Positions 1-8,768 are shown, counted from the first letter of the stretch. The stretch: 64,000 bases of DNA from Bacteroidota bacterium (GCA_021812985.1 JAKAMG010000020.1:712-64711); one strand, 5' to 3'. A program made the numbers and translations. Notes: a model not told the origin generated them from the sequence alone.

Positions 1-294
1 CGTCCGGGGCGTCCCGGTAGCGGCCATTATTGAAATCGGTCCTACGGGAAAATCATAAATTTTGTCTGCCAGATATTGATCGCCAATGCCGGGCGTAAAG
101 CGAGGCGCCACTTCGACCATGCCATGCGGGACAAGAACCAAAGGAGATGTCCCACCTGTTTTGGGGCTGATCGAACCAACGTAAGGATTAACGTAGTCGG
201 CAAGCCCCTTGCTATCTTGCGCGTGACCACCAGGCACACCGGAGAAGGAAATCAAGAGTATCGTTATAGCCGCCGAAAGAAACTTTTGAGACAT
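1..294 (-). CDS. Secreted protein, N-terminal fragment (CDS runs off the left edge); GH92-like glycoside hydrolase N-terminus, tentative
   Basis: Absent from the ORF track because no stop lies inside the window. ATG at 294 on the minus strand, open to position 1: MSQKFLSAAITILLISFSGVPGGHAQDSKGLADYVNPYVGSISPKTGGTSPLVLVPHGMVEVAPRFTPG... It has a hydrophobic signal peptide. VNPYVGS and VPHGMVEVAP resemble the VNPFIGT and PFGMVQLSP motifs of family GH92 as I remember them. Confidence 0.45.
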   Translation of the reverse strand, partial: MSQKFLSAAITILLISFSGVPGGHAQDSKGLADYVNPYVGSISPKTGGTSPLVLVPHGMVEVAPRFTPGIGDQYLADKIYDFPVGPISIMAATGTPRT

Positions 295-735
295 AAGGTT
301 GCTCCATGGTTTGCAGGAATATTGCTCACATGAAAATATCTTTTTGAATATACTTAACTCTCTTCTCAATGAATAGAATGAATATTGGGACACGGAGAGC
401 CTTCCCAGGGCCACACCTGATACCGATAAGTCTCGAAACCGCTCTTGGGATTAGTTGATTACCGGACAAATTCGAGTGTCCGCCTCCCGATAAGGTGCCG
501 TACTACCCAAGCTTGATTACTCATCCGTGTATTTCTATATTTTTCATGAGCTTGCAACAGTCAGCTGTGATGCAAATAGCGGCTACCGTGGGCTCCGCAG
601 TTTTGAGCGTTGGCTTGGGTTGACTTTTTTCGGGGATTATGCTTTGGCGTGTCACCAATGACTTTTGCCATTGGTACCGTGGCTGCATACTCCCCGTTCA
701 TGATGTTGCGCGAACTAAAATTCAGGATTTGATCA

Positions 736-1299
736 ATGGTTAGCAGGCGCAAGCTCATTCTCTGGCTATCACTGGTAATCCTATTGGCGGCTTCTGCCGG
801 CGTCTATAGCGTTTTCCATCCATCATTCATCTCTTACTTCCTTCGCGGTGGTGAGCCGTTATCGGCACTTCCAAATCATAAGCTAAAGATTTTCGATCTT
901 CCGCAGAATTTTGAAAGGGGTAGAATTAAAAGAGTCGCTGACAACGTCTACATCGGCCCTATGCCGACGGACCAGGAATACCTGGCTCTCCGTGATTTCA
1001 AAGTCACCAACGTCATAAGTCTTCTCAACCCCTCTGTCCCGTTTGAAGGCGGTTTCATCAATCGCGAGAAGACCCTCGCCGATTCGGCCGACTTGGGATT
1101 CAGAAACTTTCCGATGACTTTTCTCCCCCTGCGCACACCCGCCAACGAAGCAATCGCCGATTCTATCGTACGATATATAATCAGGCATCCCAATGATAAC
1201 TTCTACGTACACTGTTTTCTCGGCAGAGATCGGGTAAGCGTAGTGGCCGACGAACTCCAAAAAGAGCTCAGCCATGACGGAGCACAGGAGACTAAATGA
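736..1299 (+). CDS. Membrane-anchored CX5R (PTP / dual-specificity phosphatase fold) protein
   Basis: 187 aa. N-terminal RRK plus a hydrophobic helix (LILWLSLVILLAASAGVYSVF), then a domain ending in HCFLGRDRV, which is the C-x5-R P-loop. Overall layout resembles atypical DSPs. Its stop overlaps the next start (ATGA, 1296-1299). Confidence 0.6.
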   Translation: MVSRRKLILWLSLVILLAASAGVYSVFHPSFISYFLRGGEPLSALPNHKLKIFDLPQNFERGRIKRVADNVYIGPMPTDQEYLALRDFKVTNVISLLNPSVPFEGGFINREKTLADSADLGFRNFPMTFLPLRTPANEAIADSIVRYIIRHPNDNFYVHCFLGRDRVSVVADELQKELSHDGAQETK

Positions 1300-2444
1300 G
1301 GCAGCTTCGCTTCGCTTGGCTCCTGCTCCTCCTGATCCCATTCATCCCCTGGATTGTCTGGGAACTACAGACCAGTCACGGCCTCGGAGTACTCGTCGTC
1401 GATAAGACCGTACCCGACATAACGCGGCGCGGGCACAGCTCATTCTTCTGGTGTCTCGAGCATTACAGAGTGTTGAGGCCGGACGGATACTACTATAACA
1501 AGATGACTGACTACTACGGATATTTCCCTGAAGACAGTACGGTAAGCGATCCCTCCAGCCTTGGAGGACTCAGGCCGGATCTCGTTTATGTCACAGATCT
1601 TTACGGTATTTACAGAAGCGACCAGGATCACCCCGGAAAGGAAGTCGGCTCTCGTCTGGTCTACGGCGGTTTGGAGCAAAGAGAGCTCGACGCGTTCAGG
1701 AGCTATGACTCCTCCGGTGCCACGATGATTGCCGAATTCAACTCGCTCGACTACCCCACTACGCTCAGACCTGAGATTGATTCGATGTTCCAGAGAATGA
1801 TGGACGTCCGGTACGATGGATGGTATGGATCATTTTACCAGAATCTGCTCGATGTACCGGCATGGGTCCGGAGCATGTATACACAGTTTAACAGGAGGCC
1901 TTGGCGCTTTTCCGGGAGCGGAGTTGTATTGTTGAACCAGGGCTCACTCCAGAAGTCGAAGCGCGGAATAATCGTACTGGGAAAGAATGATTTACTTTAT
2001 CCGCAGCTCACGGTCGAATCTAGCTCTGACCCGACTCTCACCGGCACTTCACAGTCAGTTCCATATTTCTCCCGATTCGAGCTCGTCCAACCGGATTCCG
2101 GCGGTGATGTCATCGCCAGCTACAGACTGAACGTCAGCTACGCTGGTGCGGCCAAGTTGGAACAAGCCGGTTGGCCCAGGACATTCCCCGCAGTGATAAC
2201 AAATGGGGCCCGCACGCATTTCTACTTTGCTGGCGACTTCGCAGTCAATGATGCTCCCGGTATTTTAAAACAGTTGGCATTTGTCCAGAGATTTTCACAG
2301 TTTGCCTACACATTTGATGACGCGTCGGACCAGACCAGGTTCTTCTACCAGTTTTATGCGCCGATGATTCGAAACATTCTCGAGCTTACCGAGAAGCGAG
2401 ACTCCGACAAGGCGTCCGTTCAACAACTAATGAGACACAATTAA
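1296..2444 (+). CDS. Hypothetical single-pass membrane protein (no recognisable family)
   Basis: 382 aa. ATG overlaps the upstream stop. N-terminal MRQLR plus helix FAWLLLLLIPFIPWIVW, then about 350 aa rich in Tyr, Trp and Asp with no motif I can assign. Its position inside a coupled operon supports it being a real gene. Confidence 0.6.
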   Translation: MRQLRFAWLLLLLIPFIPWIVWELQTSHGLGVLVVDKTVPDITRRGHSSFFWCLEHYRVLRPDGYYYNKMTDYYGYFPEDSTVSDPSSLGGLRPDLVYVTDLYGIYRSDQDHPGKEVGSRLVYGGLEQRELDAFRSYDSSGATMIAEFNSLDYPTTLRPEIDSMFQRMMDVRYDGWYGSFYQNLLDVPAWVRSMYTQFNRRPWRFSGSGVVLLNQGSLQKSKRGIIVLGKNDLLYPQLTVESSSDPTLTGTSQSVPYFSRFELVQPDSGGDVIASYRLNVSYAGAAKLEQAGWPRTFPAVITNGARTHFYFAGDFAVNDAPGILKQLAFVQRFSQFAYTFDDASDQTRFFYQFYAPMIRNILELTEKRDSDKASVQQLMRHN

Positions 2445-2456
2445 TCAGGCTTCAAA

Positions 2457-2843
2457 ATGGGACAACCAATTGTAGTGCTCGAAGACGAGAAGCAGATCTC
2501 CACGCTCATACTCTACAAGCTAAAGAAGTCAGGATTCGAAGTTCACCACGCCACGAACGGAGTAGATGGGCTCAAACTTATAAACGAAGTCAAGCCTTCA
2601 CTTGTGATCCTGGATGTGATGATGCCGATAATGAACGGACACGAGGTCGTGATAAAATTGAAAGAGAATGAGGAAACGCGCTCGATTCCCATACTGATGC
2701 TGAGCGCACTTTCGAATAGGCAGGACGTCATCAGGGGCCTGCAGCTCGGGGCGGACGATTACCTCACGAAGCCCTTCAGCCCACAGGAACTCATCGTCCG
2801 GATCAACAAACTGCTGGAACGCTCGAAGGGAGAGAAGCCATAA
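2457..2843 (+). CDS. Stand-alone response regulator receiver (CheY-like)
   Basis: 128 aa. Acidic pair in VVLEDE, phospho-acceptor Asp in LVILDVMMP, Ser in LMLSAL, Lys in LTKPF. No output domain. Confidence 0.85.
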   Translation: MGQPIVVLEDEKQISTLILYKLKKSGFEVHHATNGVDGLKLINEVKPSLVILDVMMPIMNGHEVVIKLKENEETRSIPILMLSALSNRQDVIRGLQLGADDYLTKPFSPQELIVRINKLLERSKGEKP

Positions 2844-2940
2844 CGCATCCCACGTTTCGCGTCATCGCCATCATACGGGAGTTCCCCTCCGGGCGCGGCG
2901 CCTCGCTTGTATCTGAACGCGACGGGATCGCGGAGGTCAA

Positions 2941-4050
2941 ATGGCCTTTCTGATCGTATCACTTTCTGTTGCCGTACTGATCTCCATAGTCATCGCGCTG
3001 TCGCTTTTCGTGCTGACTAGAAAGATCGCGAGATGGTTTCTTTCGGAGTATGATTCAAGGCTTAGCAATTCCCTGGCTACCGAATTCTATGCTCTAATAC
3101 TCGCCGATACTGAAATGAGTGCGGATGAAATCCGCCGACACTGCGGCGCGCTCCGCCGGAACCGAGGATTCTTCAAAAGAAAGAGAACCATTCGCGTTGG
3201 CAAGAGTGTCCTTCTCAAATTAGTGAAAGAAATAAACGGAGAAGAGCTGGAAAGAGCCCGAGATCTTTATAGAATAATGGGGTGCGCCAGCCTTGCTGTC
3301 ATTGAACTGAGAGACCATCGCTGGTGGAAACGGGCAGACGCGGTCTCGGAGCTCGGTGCTATGAAAGTAAAGGAATCCCTTGATCAGGTACTCGAGTTGG
3401 TATCTGACAAGGATGAGACCGTGAGGATCAAGGCGCTTGAGGCGGGACTAGAAATTGGAGGACCGGAGATACTTCCGGTAATGATCGAGGCGCTCCCGGA
3501 AGTTACCCTCTGGACAATTATGAATCTAGCGAAAATACTCGATCCGCATCTGCGGGAATCGGATAGTATGATACTATCTCTTCTGAACAGCAAGAAGAAG
3601 GACCTCCGGAAATTCGCGATAATCATGCTGGGACTTACAAAATCTGTTTCATCAGTACCGCAGCTTGTGAATATCGCCTCTTCTGGTGATAAGGACGAAG
3701 CGGCTTATGCCCTTCAGGCCCTTTCCTTCATCGAAGACCCGAGAGCTATTCCCGCAGCGCTCCAGGCTCTGGATACTGGCACACCCGAGGTTAAGACAAA
3801 AGCCACGCTATTACTGGGGCAGCTTGGTGAAACCGATGCAGTCCCATCCATTTCTCCCCTCCTATCTGATACGGATGCGGCCGTAAGAATAAGCGCGGCT
3901 CATGCTCTGGCCAGGCTCGGAGAATCCGGATTATCAATCCTCATGATTTCAGCCCTTGAGAACGGAACCCCAGCCCAACGCGCCTCGATGCAGGTCCTCG
4001 ATGAACTTAAAATCGGCGTTGATGAAAGGACGGCCGATTTTCAATGGTGA
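2941..4050 (+). CDS. Membrane-anchored HEAT / PBS-lyase-like repeat protein
   Basis: 369 aa. GGAGG-type site before the ATG. N-terminal TM helix (FLIVSLSVAVLISIVIALSLFVL) followed by TRKIARW, which suggests a cytoplasmic C-terminus. Then repeated helical units: DKDETVRIKALEAGLEIG, GDKDEAAYALQALSFIEDPRAIPAL, SDTDAAVRISAAHALARLGE. Its stop overlaps the next start (ATGGTGA, 4044-4050). Confidence 0.7.
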   Translation: MAFLIVSLSVAVLISIVIALSLFVLTRKIARWFLSEYDSRLSNSLATEFYALILADTEMSADEIRRHCGALRRNRGFFKRKRTIRVGKSVLLKLVKEINGEELERARDLYRIMGCASLAVIELRDHRWWKRADAVSELGAMKVKESLDQVLELVSDKDETVRIKALEAGLEIGGPEILPVMIEALPEVTLWTIMNLAKILDPHLRESDSMILSLLNSKKKDLRKFAIIMLGLTKSVSSVPQLVNIASSGDKDEAAYALQALSFIEDPRAIPAALQALDTGTPEVKTKATLLLGQLGETDAVPSISPLLSDTDAAVRISAAHALARLGESGLSILMISALENGTPAQRASMQVLDELKIGVDERTADFQW

Positions 4051-5489
4051 TCCAACTCTGGGAAGGTTTGAACGAATTCTACAGTTTCTTCGTCCTGGTT
4101 TATTTCATTTTGATAAACCTGACTTACCTGACGCTCCTGATCACTTCACTCCCTTCCATCCTGAATTACATACGGAAGAACGCGGTTTTCGATTACAGGT
4201 CTATACTCAAGAGTGAGCTGGCCCCTTCTATATCGGTACTGGTGCCGGCCTACAATGAAGAGAAGTCTATCATCCAAAGCATTCACGCCCTCCTGAAACT
4301 CTATTATTCCAATCTGGAAGTTGTCGTCATCAACGATGGCTCCAGGGATTCGACACTTCAAAGGATGATAGAACATTTCGGGCTCGTGAAAGTGCACAAG
4401 GAGTTCGAGGAGTCATTGCCCGCCGCGGCAGTGCGAGGCATTTACAGATCTACGCTTCTTCCATTCGACAAGCTCATTGTTGTCGACAAGAATAATGGCG
4501 GAAAGTCTGACGCACTGAATTGCGGCGTCAACATCGCCTCATCGAAACTGGTATGTTCGGTGGACGCAGATTCAATACTCGAGCCGGACGCTCTCCTTAG
4601 AGTTGTTAAGCCCTTTATAGAAGACTCCACGAGAGTCGTCGCATCCGGCGGAATCGTGAGAATCGTTGACGGTTGCGAGGTGGAGAATGGATTTGTAAAG
4701 TCTGTCCACCTCTCCAAGAAGTGGCTACCTACCTTCCAGGTGAACGAATACCTCCGTTCCTTCCTGACAGGACGCGTCGGTTGGTCTGCAATAAACGGAC
4801 TCATGGTCATCTCCGGCGCGTTCGGCCTCTTCGATAAGAAGACCTTGATTAAATGCGGGGGGTTCAGGACTGACAGCATCGGTGAAGACATGGAACTCGT
4901 GACGAGGATACACAGGATCCTGCGCGAGGAAAAGCGCGACTACAGAGTTGTCTTCGTGCCCGATCCCGTATGCTGGACCGAAGCGCCCAAGGATTTAAAG
5001 ACACTTAGCAGACAAAGGAACAGGTGGCACCGCGGCCTGATTGACACCATGAAGCTGCATAGGAAAATGCTCTTCAACCCCAGGTACGGCGTAATTGGTA
5101 TGCTTGCCTTCCCCTACTATTTTATCTTTGAGATGATCGGTCCATTCGTTGAACTCACAGGGATCATCTTCGTGCTCCTTTCGTTCTATCTCCACATAGT
5201 GGACGTTTACTTCTTCATCCTATTCCTCGTTGTTGCCGTCATCTACGGGATTTTCCTTTCGATCGGCGCGATACTTCTTGAGGAGTACACTTTCCACAGG
5301 TACCCCGATCCCAAGGATATCACCAGACTGATCGCCTTCGCTTTCATTGAGAACCTCGGCTACCGTCAGATGACCGCCTGGTGGCGGGTAAAAGGAGGGT
5401 TCGACTATTTACGCGGGGTTGTTACTTGGGGGGCCATGAATCGTTCCGGGTTCGATTCAAAATCAGAGAAATCCCCGGCCGCTCGTTAG
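4044..5489 (+). CDS. Processive family-2 glycosyltransferase (PgaC/IcaA/BcsA/NodC-like polysaccharide synthase)
   Basis: 481 aa. VLVPAYNEE, VINDGSRDST, SVDADS, IGEDMELV and SRQRNRWHRG (QxxRW), flanked by one N-terminal and several C-terminal TM helices. Confidence 0.85.
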   Translation: MVIQLWEGLNEFYSFFVLVYFILINLTYLTLLITSLPSILNYIRKNAVFDYRSILKSELAPSISVLVPAYNEEKSIIQSIHALLKLYYSNLEVVVINDGSRDSTLQRMIEHFGLVKVHKEFEESLPAAAVRGIYRSTLLPFDKLIVVDKNNGGKSDALNCGVNIASSKLVCSVDADSILEPDALLRVVKPFIEDSTRVVASGGIVRIVDGCEVENGFVKSVHLSKKWLPTFQVNEYLRSFLTGRVGWSAINGLMVISGAFGLFDKKTLIKCGGFRTDSIGEDMELVTRIHRILREEKRDYRVVFVPDPVCWTEAPKDLKTLSRQRNRWHRGLIDTMKLHRKMLFNPRYGVIGMLAFPYYFIFEMIGPFVELTGIIFVLLSFYLHIVDVYFFILFLVVAVIYGIFLSIGAILLEEYTFHRYPDPKDITRLIAFAFIENLGYRQMTAWWRVKGGFDYLRGVVTWGAMNRSGFDSKSEKSPAAR

Positions 5490-5597
5490 CCCATTGCCGA
5501 AACCACGCGCCCCAAACTTATCCAGACAAAGCTCGGTGTCAGATCTGAATGCGAAATCTTCTGTACTCTTAGATTTCAATCATGCCATTTACTATCC

Positions 5598-5639
5598 AAA
5601 AACAAAAGCCGCAAGAGGAGTTTCGTTTACCCTTGCGGC
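5598..5639 (-). terminator. Rho-independent terminator downstream of ggt
   Basis: Stem GCCGCAAG (5608-5615) pairs with CTTGCGGC (5632-5639). The A-rich run 5598-5607 reads as a T-rich tail on the minus strand. It lies between the convergent GT2 and ggt genes. Confidence 0.6.
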
Positions 5640-5675
5640 AGAATCCCGTCCGTGCGATGGCCGGCGAGCTTACCG

Positions 5676-7367
5676 TCAATAGCCCTCTGCTGTCCCGGCA
5701 CCCCGCGGGTCAGCCACCCCTTCGTATCCTTCCTTCGTGACAAGTATAGCCTGAACCTCTCCTATATGAGGTACTTCCTGAAGAGTGTACCCTCTTGACA
5801 TCAGGCTCTGTTTTACGTCGTATACCAGAGCAGAAGGTTCATAGAACACTTTGTCCGGCACCCATTGCATGTGGACCCGGCCTGCCATCTCTGCCTCTGC
5901 AAGTGGCATGTGGAAATCGATGACGTTCAGGAGCACATCAAGTACAGCATTGATAATCGTCGTGCCTCCTGGAGAACCGAGGACGAGGAACGCCTTTCCA
6001 TCTTTAAGCACTATTGTCGGTGTCATGGAGCTGAGCATCCTTTTGCCCGCTGCTATCGAGTTTGCCTTAGCGCCTATCGCACCGAACTGATTAGGCGTCC
6101 CCGGTTTCGCGCTGAAGTCGTCCATCTCGTTGTTGAGAAAGAATCCCGCGCCGTCGACCACCACCATCGAGCCGAAATAGCTATTCAACGTCGTCGTAAC
6201 ACTGACCGCATTACCTTCCTTGTCGATCACGGAGTAATGTGTAGTGTGCGTTCCCTCCTTAGGCGGATGAATCAGGTCGGGATATATCTCAACGCTTGGC
6301 GTCGCGCTGAAAGGATCAATCCTCGCAGCCAGGCTGTCCGCGTAGGCTTTTGACAGGAGCCTCTCCATCGGCACTGACACATAGTCTACATCCCCCAGAT
6401 ACTTGTCACGATCTGCGAACGCGCGCCTCATCGCTTCGAGTTCATAGTGGAGACTTTGCGACGAACCATAGCCATATTTTTCAAGATTGAAGTTGGACAG
6501 AACATTCAGAATCTCCGCAAGGCATACACCCCCTGAACTGGATGGGGGCATGCTAAGTACCTGATAACCGTGGTAGTTGACGCTTAGGGGCTCGCGCAGA
6601 ACCGCGTGATAACCTTCCACGTCACGGGCTGTGATGACTCCGCCTGTCGCCTCATCCTCCCTCGCTATGAGCTCCGGAATCTCTCCCTTATAGAATCCAT
6701 CCCGCCCTTCATCCGCAATCTTCTTGAGGACTCTCGCCAGGTCCTTCTGTATAAGGAGTGCTCCTTCCTTGTACACCTCTCCATCTTTCGCAAAATACCT
6801 CATCGTAGATGGAAATTCCTTAAACAATCTCATTGAGCTCCGCAGGCTGGTCTCAAGCTTATGATTAACCCTGAAACCGTTCTCCGCGAGCTCGATCGCA
6901 GGCTCAATGACCTGTTTCAAAGTCAACCTGCCAAATTTCGTTTCAGCCATGACGAGACCGTCTACATTTCCCGGAACACCAGCTGATAGGCCGCCCACAA
7001 GTTCCTTCCGGTTGTTGACGTTGCCATCGCCGTCAAGATACATATCCCTCGTGGCAGCGCCGGGTGCCGTCTCTCTCGCGTCGATTGCATAGTTCATACC
7101 GTTGCTGAGATGGATCATGTAGTAGCCACCTCCGCCAAGGTTACCGGCCTGAGGGTACGTCACGGCGAGGACGAACCCGACTGCGACCGCCGCGTCGACG
7201 GCATTCCCCCCCTCTTTCAGTATCTTCACGCCGACGGAAGTTGCTATGGAATCCGAAGAAGAGACCATTCCACGTGTACCAAGGGCCGGCTTGAGGACCG
7301 ATATCTGTGCCTGTCCGACCGACACGAGGAACAAAATAGCTATTGCTGTTACTTTCGCGCGCGCCAT
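5676..7367 (-). CDS. ggt: Gamma-glutamyltranspeptidase
   Basis: EGTHTTHYSVIDKEGNAVSVTTTLN autoprocessing region; GSPGG near the C-terminus. The track ORF extends to 7457, but the ATG at 7367 (MARAKVTAIAILFLVSVGQAQ, a signal peptide preceded by GGAAGGA) is preferred. Confidence 0.9.
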   Translation of the reverse strand: MARAKVTAIAILFLVSVGQAQISVLKPALGTRGMVSSSDSIATSVGVKILKEGGNAVDAAVAVGFVLAVTYPQAGNLGGGGYYMIHLSNGMNYAIDARETAPGAATRDMYLDGDGNVNNRKELVGGLSAGVPGNVDGLVMAETKFGRLTLKQVIEPAIELAENGFRVNHKLETSLRSSMRLFKEFPSTMRYFAKDGEVYKEGALLIQKDLARVLKKIADEGRDGFYKGEIPELIAREDEATGGVITARDVEGYHAVLREPLSVNYHGYQVLSMPPSSSGGVCLAEILNVLSNFNLEKYGYGSSQSLHYELEAMRRAFADRDKYLGDVDYVSVPMERLLSKAYADSLAARIDPFSATPSVEIYPDLIHPPKEGTHTTHYSVIDKEGNAVSVTTTLNSYFGSMVVVDGAGFFLNNEMDDFSAKPGTPNQFGAIGAKANSIAAGKRMLSSMTPTIVLKDGKAFLVLGSPGGTTIINAVLDVLLNVIDFHMPLAEAEMAGRVHMQWVPDKVFYEPSALVYDVKQSLMSRGYTLQEVPHIGEVQAILVTKEGYEGVADPRGAGTAEGY

Positions 7368-7493
7368 CTTATTTCCTTCCAGGAATAAATTTAGCCGGCT
7401 CACACCGGGACCTTCCAATCGGGTGCCACACGGCAAAGGTTCTGTGATCCGCCGCATTCTTCAATTCGCTAAGTTAAGAATACTCTTCCAATG

Positions 7494-7528
7494 AGAAAAC
7501 AGGCGGGGAGGCGAATGTCTCCGCCGCC
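7494..7528 (-). terminator. Probable terminator downstream of fbp
   Basis: GGCGGGGAG (7502-7510) pairs with CTCCGCCGCC (7519-7528) with one bulge. The A-rich run 7494-7501 gives a short T-rich tail on the minus strand. Confidence 0.45.
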
Positions 7529-7638
7529 CGATCCTCACTTGACGGCTTGCGCCCTCTCTACAGTGAATAGGATATTCAACCGTAGTAAGTGGCAACGCTG
7601 AACCCCTAAGGAGGGGATTTGTCATCGGTAGGATTCCG

Positions 7639-8655
7639 CTAATGATTCCTTCTTCCCTGAATAAATTCCTCGGCTTCACTTACATCCTCCCCTGAGCCGA
7701 TGAAGAAAGGGGTTCTCTGATGGACTGCTTTGGGCACGATGTCGAGTATCCTTCTGATCCCATCTGAAGCCTTCCCTCCGGCGTGTTCCACTATATGGGC
7801 AAGCGGCGCGCACTCATAAACAAGGCGTAATTTGCCGTCAGGGTTTGTGCTGTCGCCGGGATACATGAATATCCCGCCGTGCAGCAAATTCCTATGGAAG
7901 TCTGCTACCAGTGAGCCAATGTACCTGGAACTGTAAGGCCTTCTTCCCGACCCGTCGGTGCCTTTAAGATAGTTGACATAACTTCTCATGCCGTCCGCCC
8001 ACTTACCGTAGTTCCCCTCGTTGACGCTATACGTTTTACCCCGGTCAGGGATCCGCATGTTCTCGTGGGAAAGGAGGAATTCTCCGACAGATGGATCGAG
8101 CGTAAATCCGTGAACCCCATCGCCGGTGCAGTAAACGAATATGGTACTTGAACCGTAGATGACGTAGGCCGAAGCCGCGAGTTTGTATCCGGGTTGAAGG
8201 CAGTCCGCCTCGGTGCCCGGGCCTGACTCGGTGATTCTCCGGTAGATTCCGAAGATGCTTCCTATCGAGACGTTGGCATCGATGTTGGATGAGCCATCTA
8301 TCGGATCGTATACGAGGACATACTTTCCTTTGGGATATTTGTCGGGAATAGAGATGAGACCATGACTCTCTTCGGAAGCCATGACGCAAAGGTGACCACC
8401 ATGGTCCATGGCCCTGTATATCGTTTCGTTGGCGAACTCATCCAACTTCTTGACTTCGTCCCCGCAGTCGTTCTGGCGGTCCGTGGCGCCGAGTATCTCG
8501 ATGAGACCTGCCTTACTAACCTCGCGCCATATCATCTTCACAGCAATCGCAAGGTCACTAAGGAGTCCACTGAAATCGCCTGTGGCTTCCGGGTGTTCTC
8601 TTTCCCCTTCGTCGATATGACGGCCGAGCGTCATGAATCGATGCTTCTCAGACAT
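7639..8655 (-). CDS. fbp: Fructose-1,6-bisphosphatase class I
   Basis: 338 aa. DPIDGSSNIDANVSIGSIFGIY metal-binding motif and typical class I length. Confidence 0.9.
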   Translation of the reverse strand: MSEKHRFMTLGRHIDEGEREHPEATGDFSGLLSDLAIAVKMIWREVSKAGLIEILGATDRQNDCGDEVKKLDEFANETIYRAMDHGGHLCVMASEESHGLISIPDKYPKGKYVLVYDPIDGSSNIDANVSIGSIFGIYRRITESGPGTEADCLQPGYKLAASAYVIYGSSTIFVYCTGDGVHGFTLDPSVGEFLLSHENMRIPDRGKTYSVNEGNYGKWADGMRSYVNYLKGTDGSGRRPYSSRYIGSLVADFHRNLLHGGIFMYPGDSTNPDGKLRLVYECAPLAHIVEHAGGKASDGIRRILDIVPKAVHQRTPFFIGSGEDVSEAEEFIQGRRNH

Positions 8656-8768
8656 GTTACCTCCGTTGATCTTTGCTGGCCCGGAGATCCTGCGTTGTTC
8701 AGGTAATCCCGGTCCTGTTTGACTGCATTCGAGCGTGTCAGCGGGTGAAAGCGCCTAGAGGATCTTCT

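Noticed and set aside
295-735. Possible c-di-GMP or other riboswitch ahead of the polysaccharide synthase operon.
   Set aside because: I compared the region by eye with what I remember of GEMM-I/II, TPP, SAM and glycine consensus cores and found no match. Only short complementary hexamers are present, and these can arise by chance. It is kept only as an unexplained long spacer in the findings.
561-758. 65-aa minus-strand ORF in the long spacer upstream of the synthase operon.
   Set aside because: It overlaps the start of the 736 gene, has no ribosome-binding site or recognisable motif, and its composition looks random. It is not reported as a gene.
5539-5548. Perfect 10-bp palindrome TCAGATCTGA in the GT2/ggt convergent spacer.
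   Set aside because: It is a single short palindrome with no partner sites and no T-tract, which is compatible with chance.
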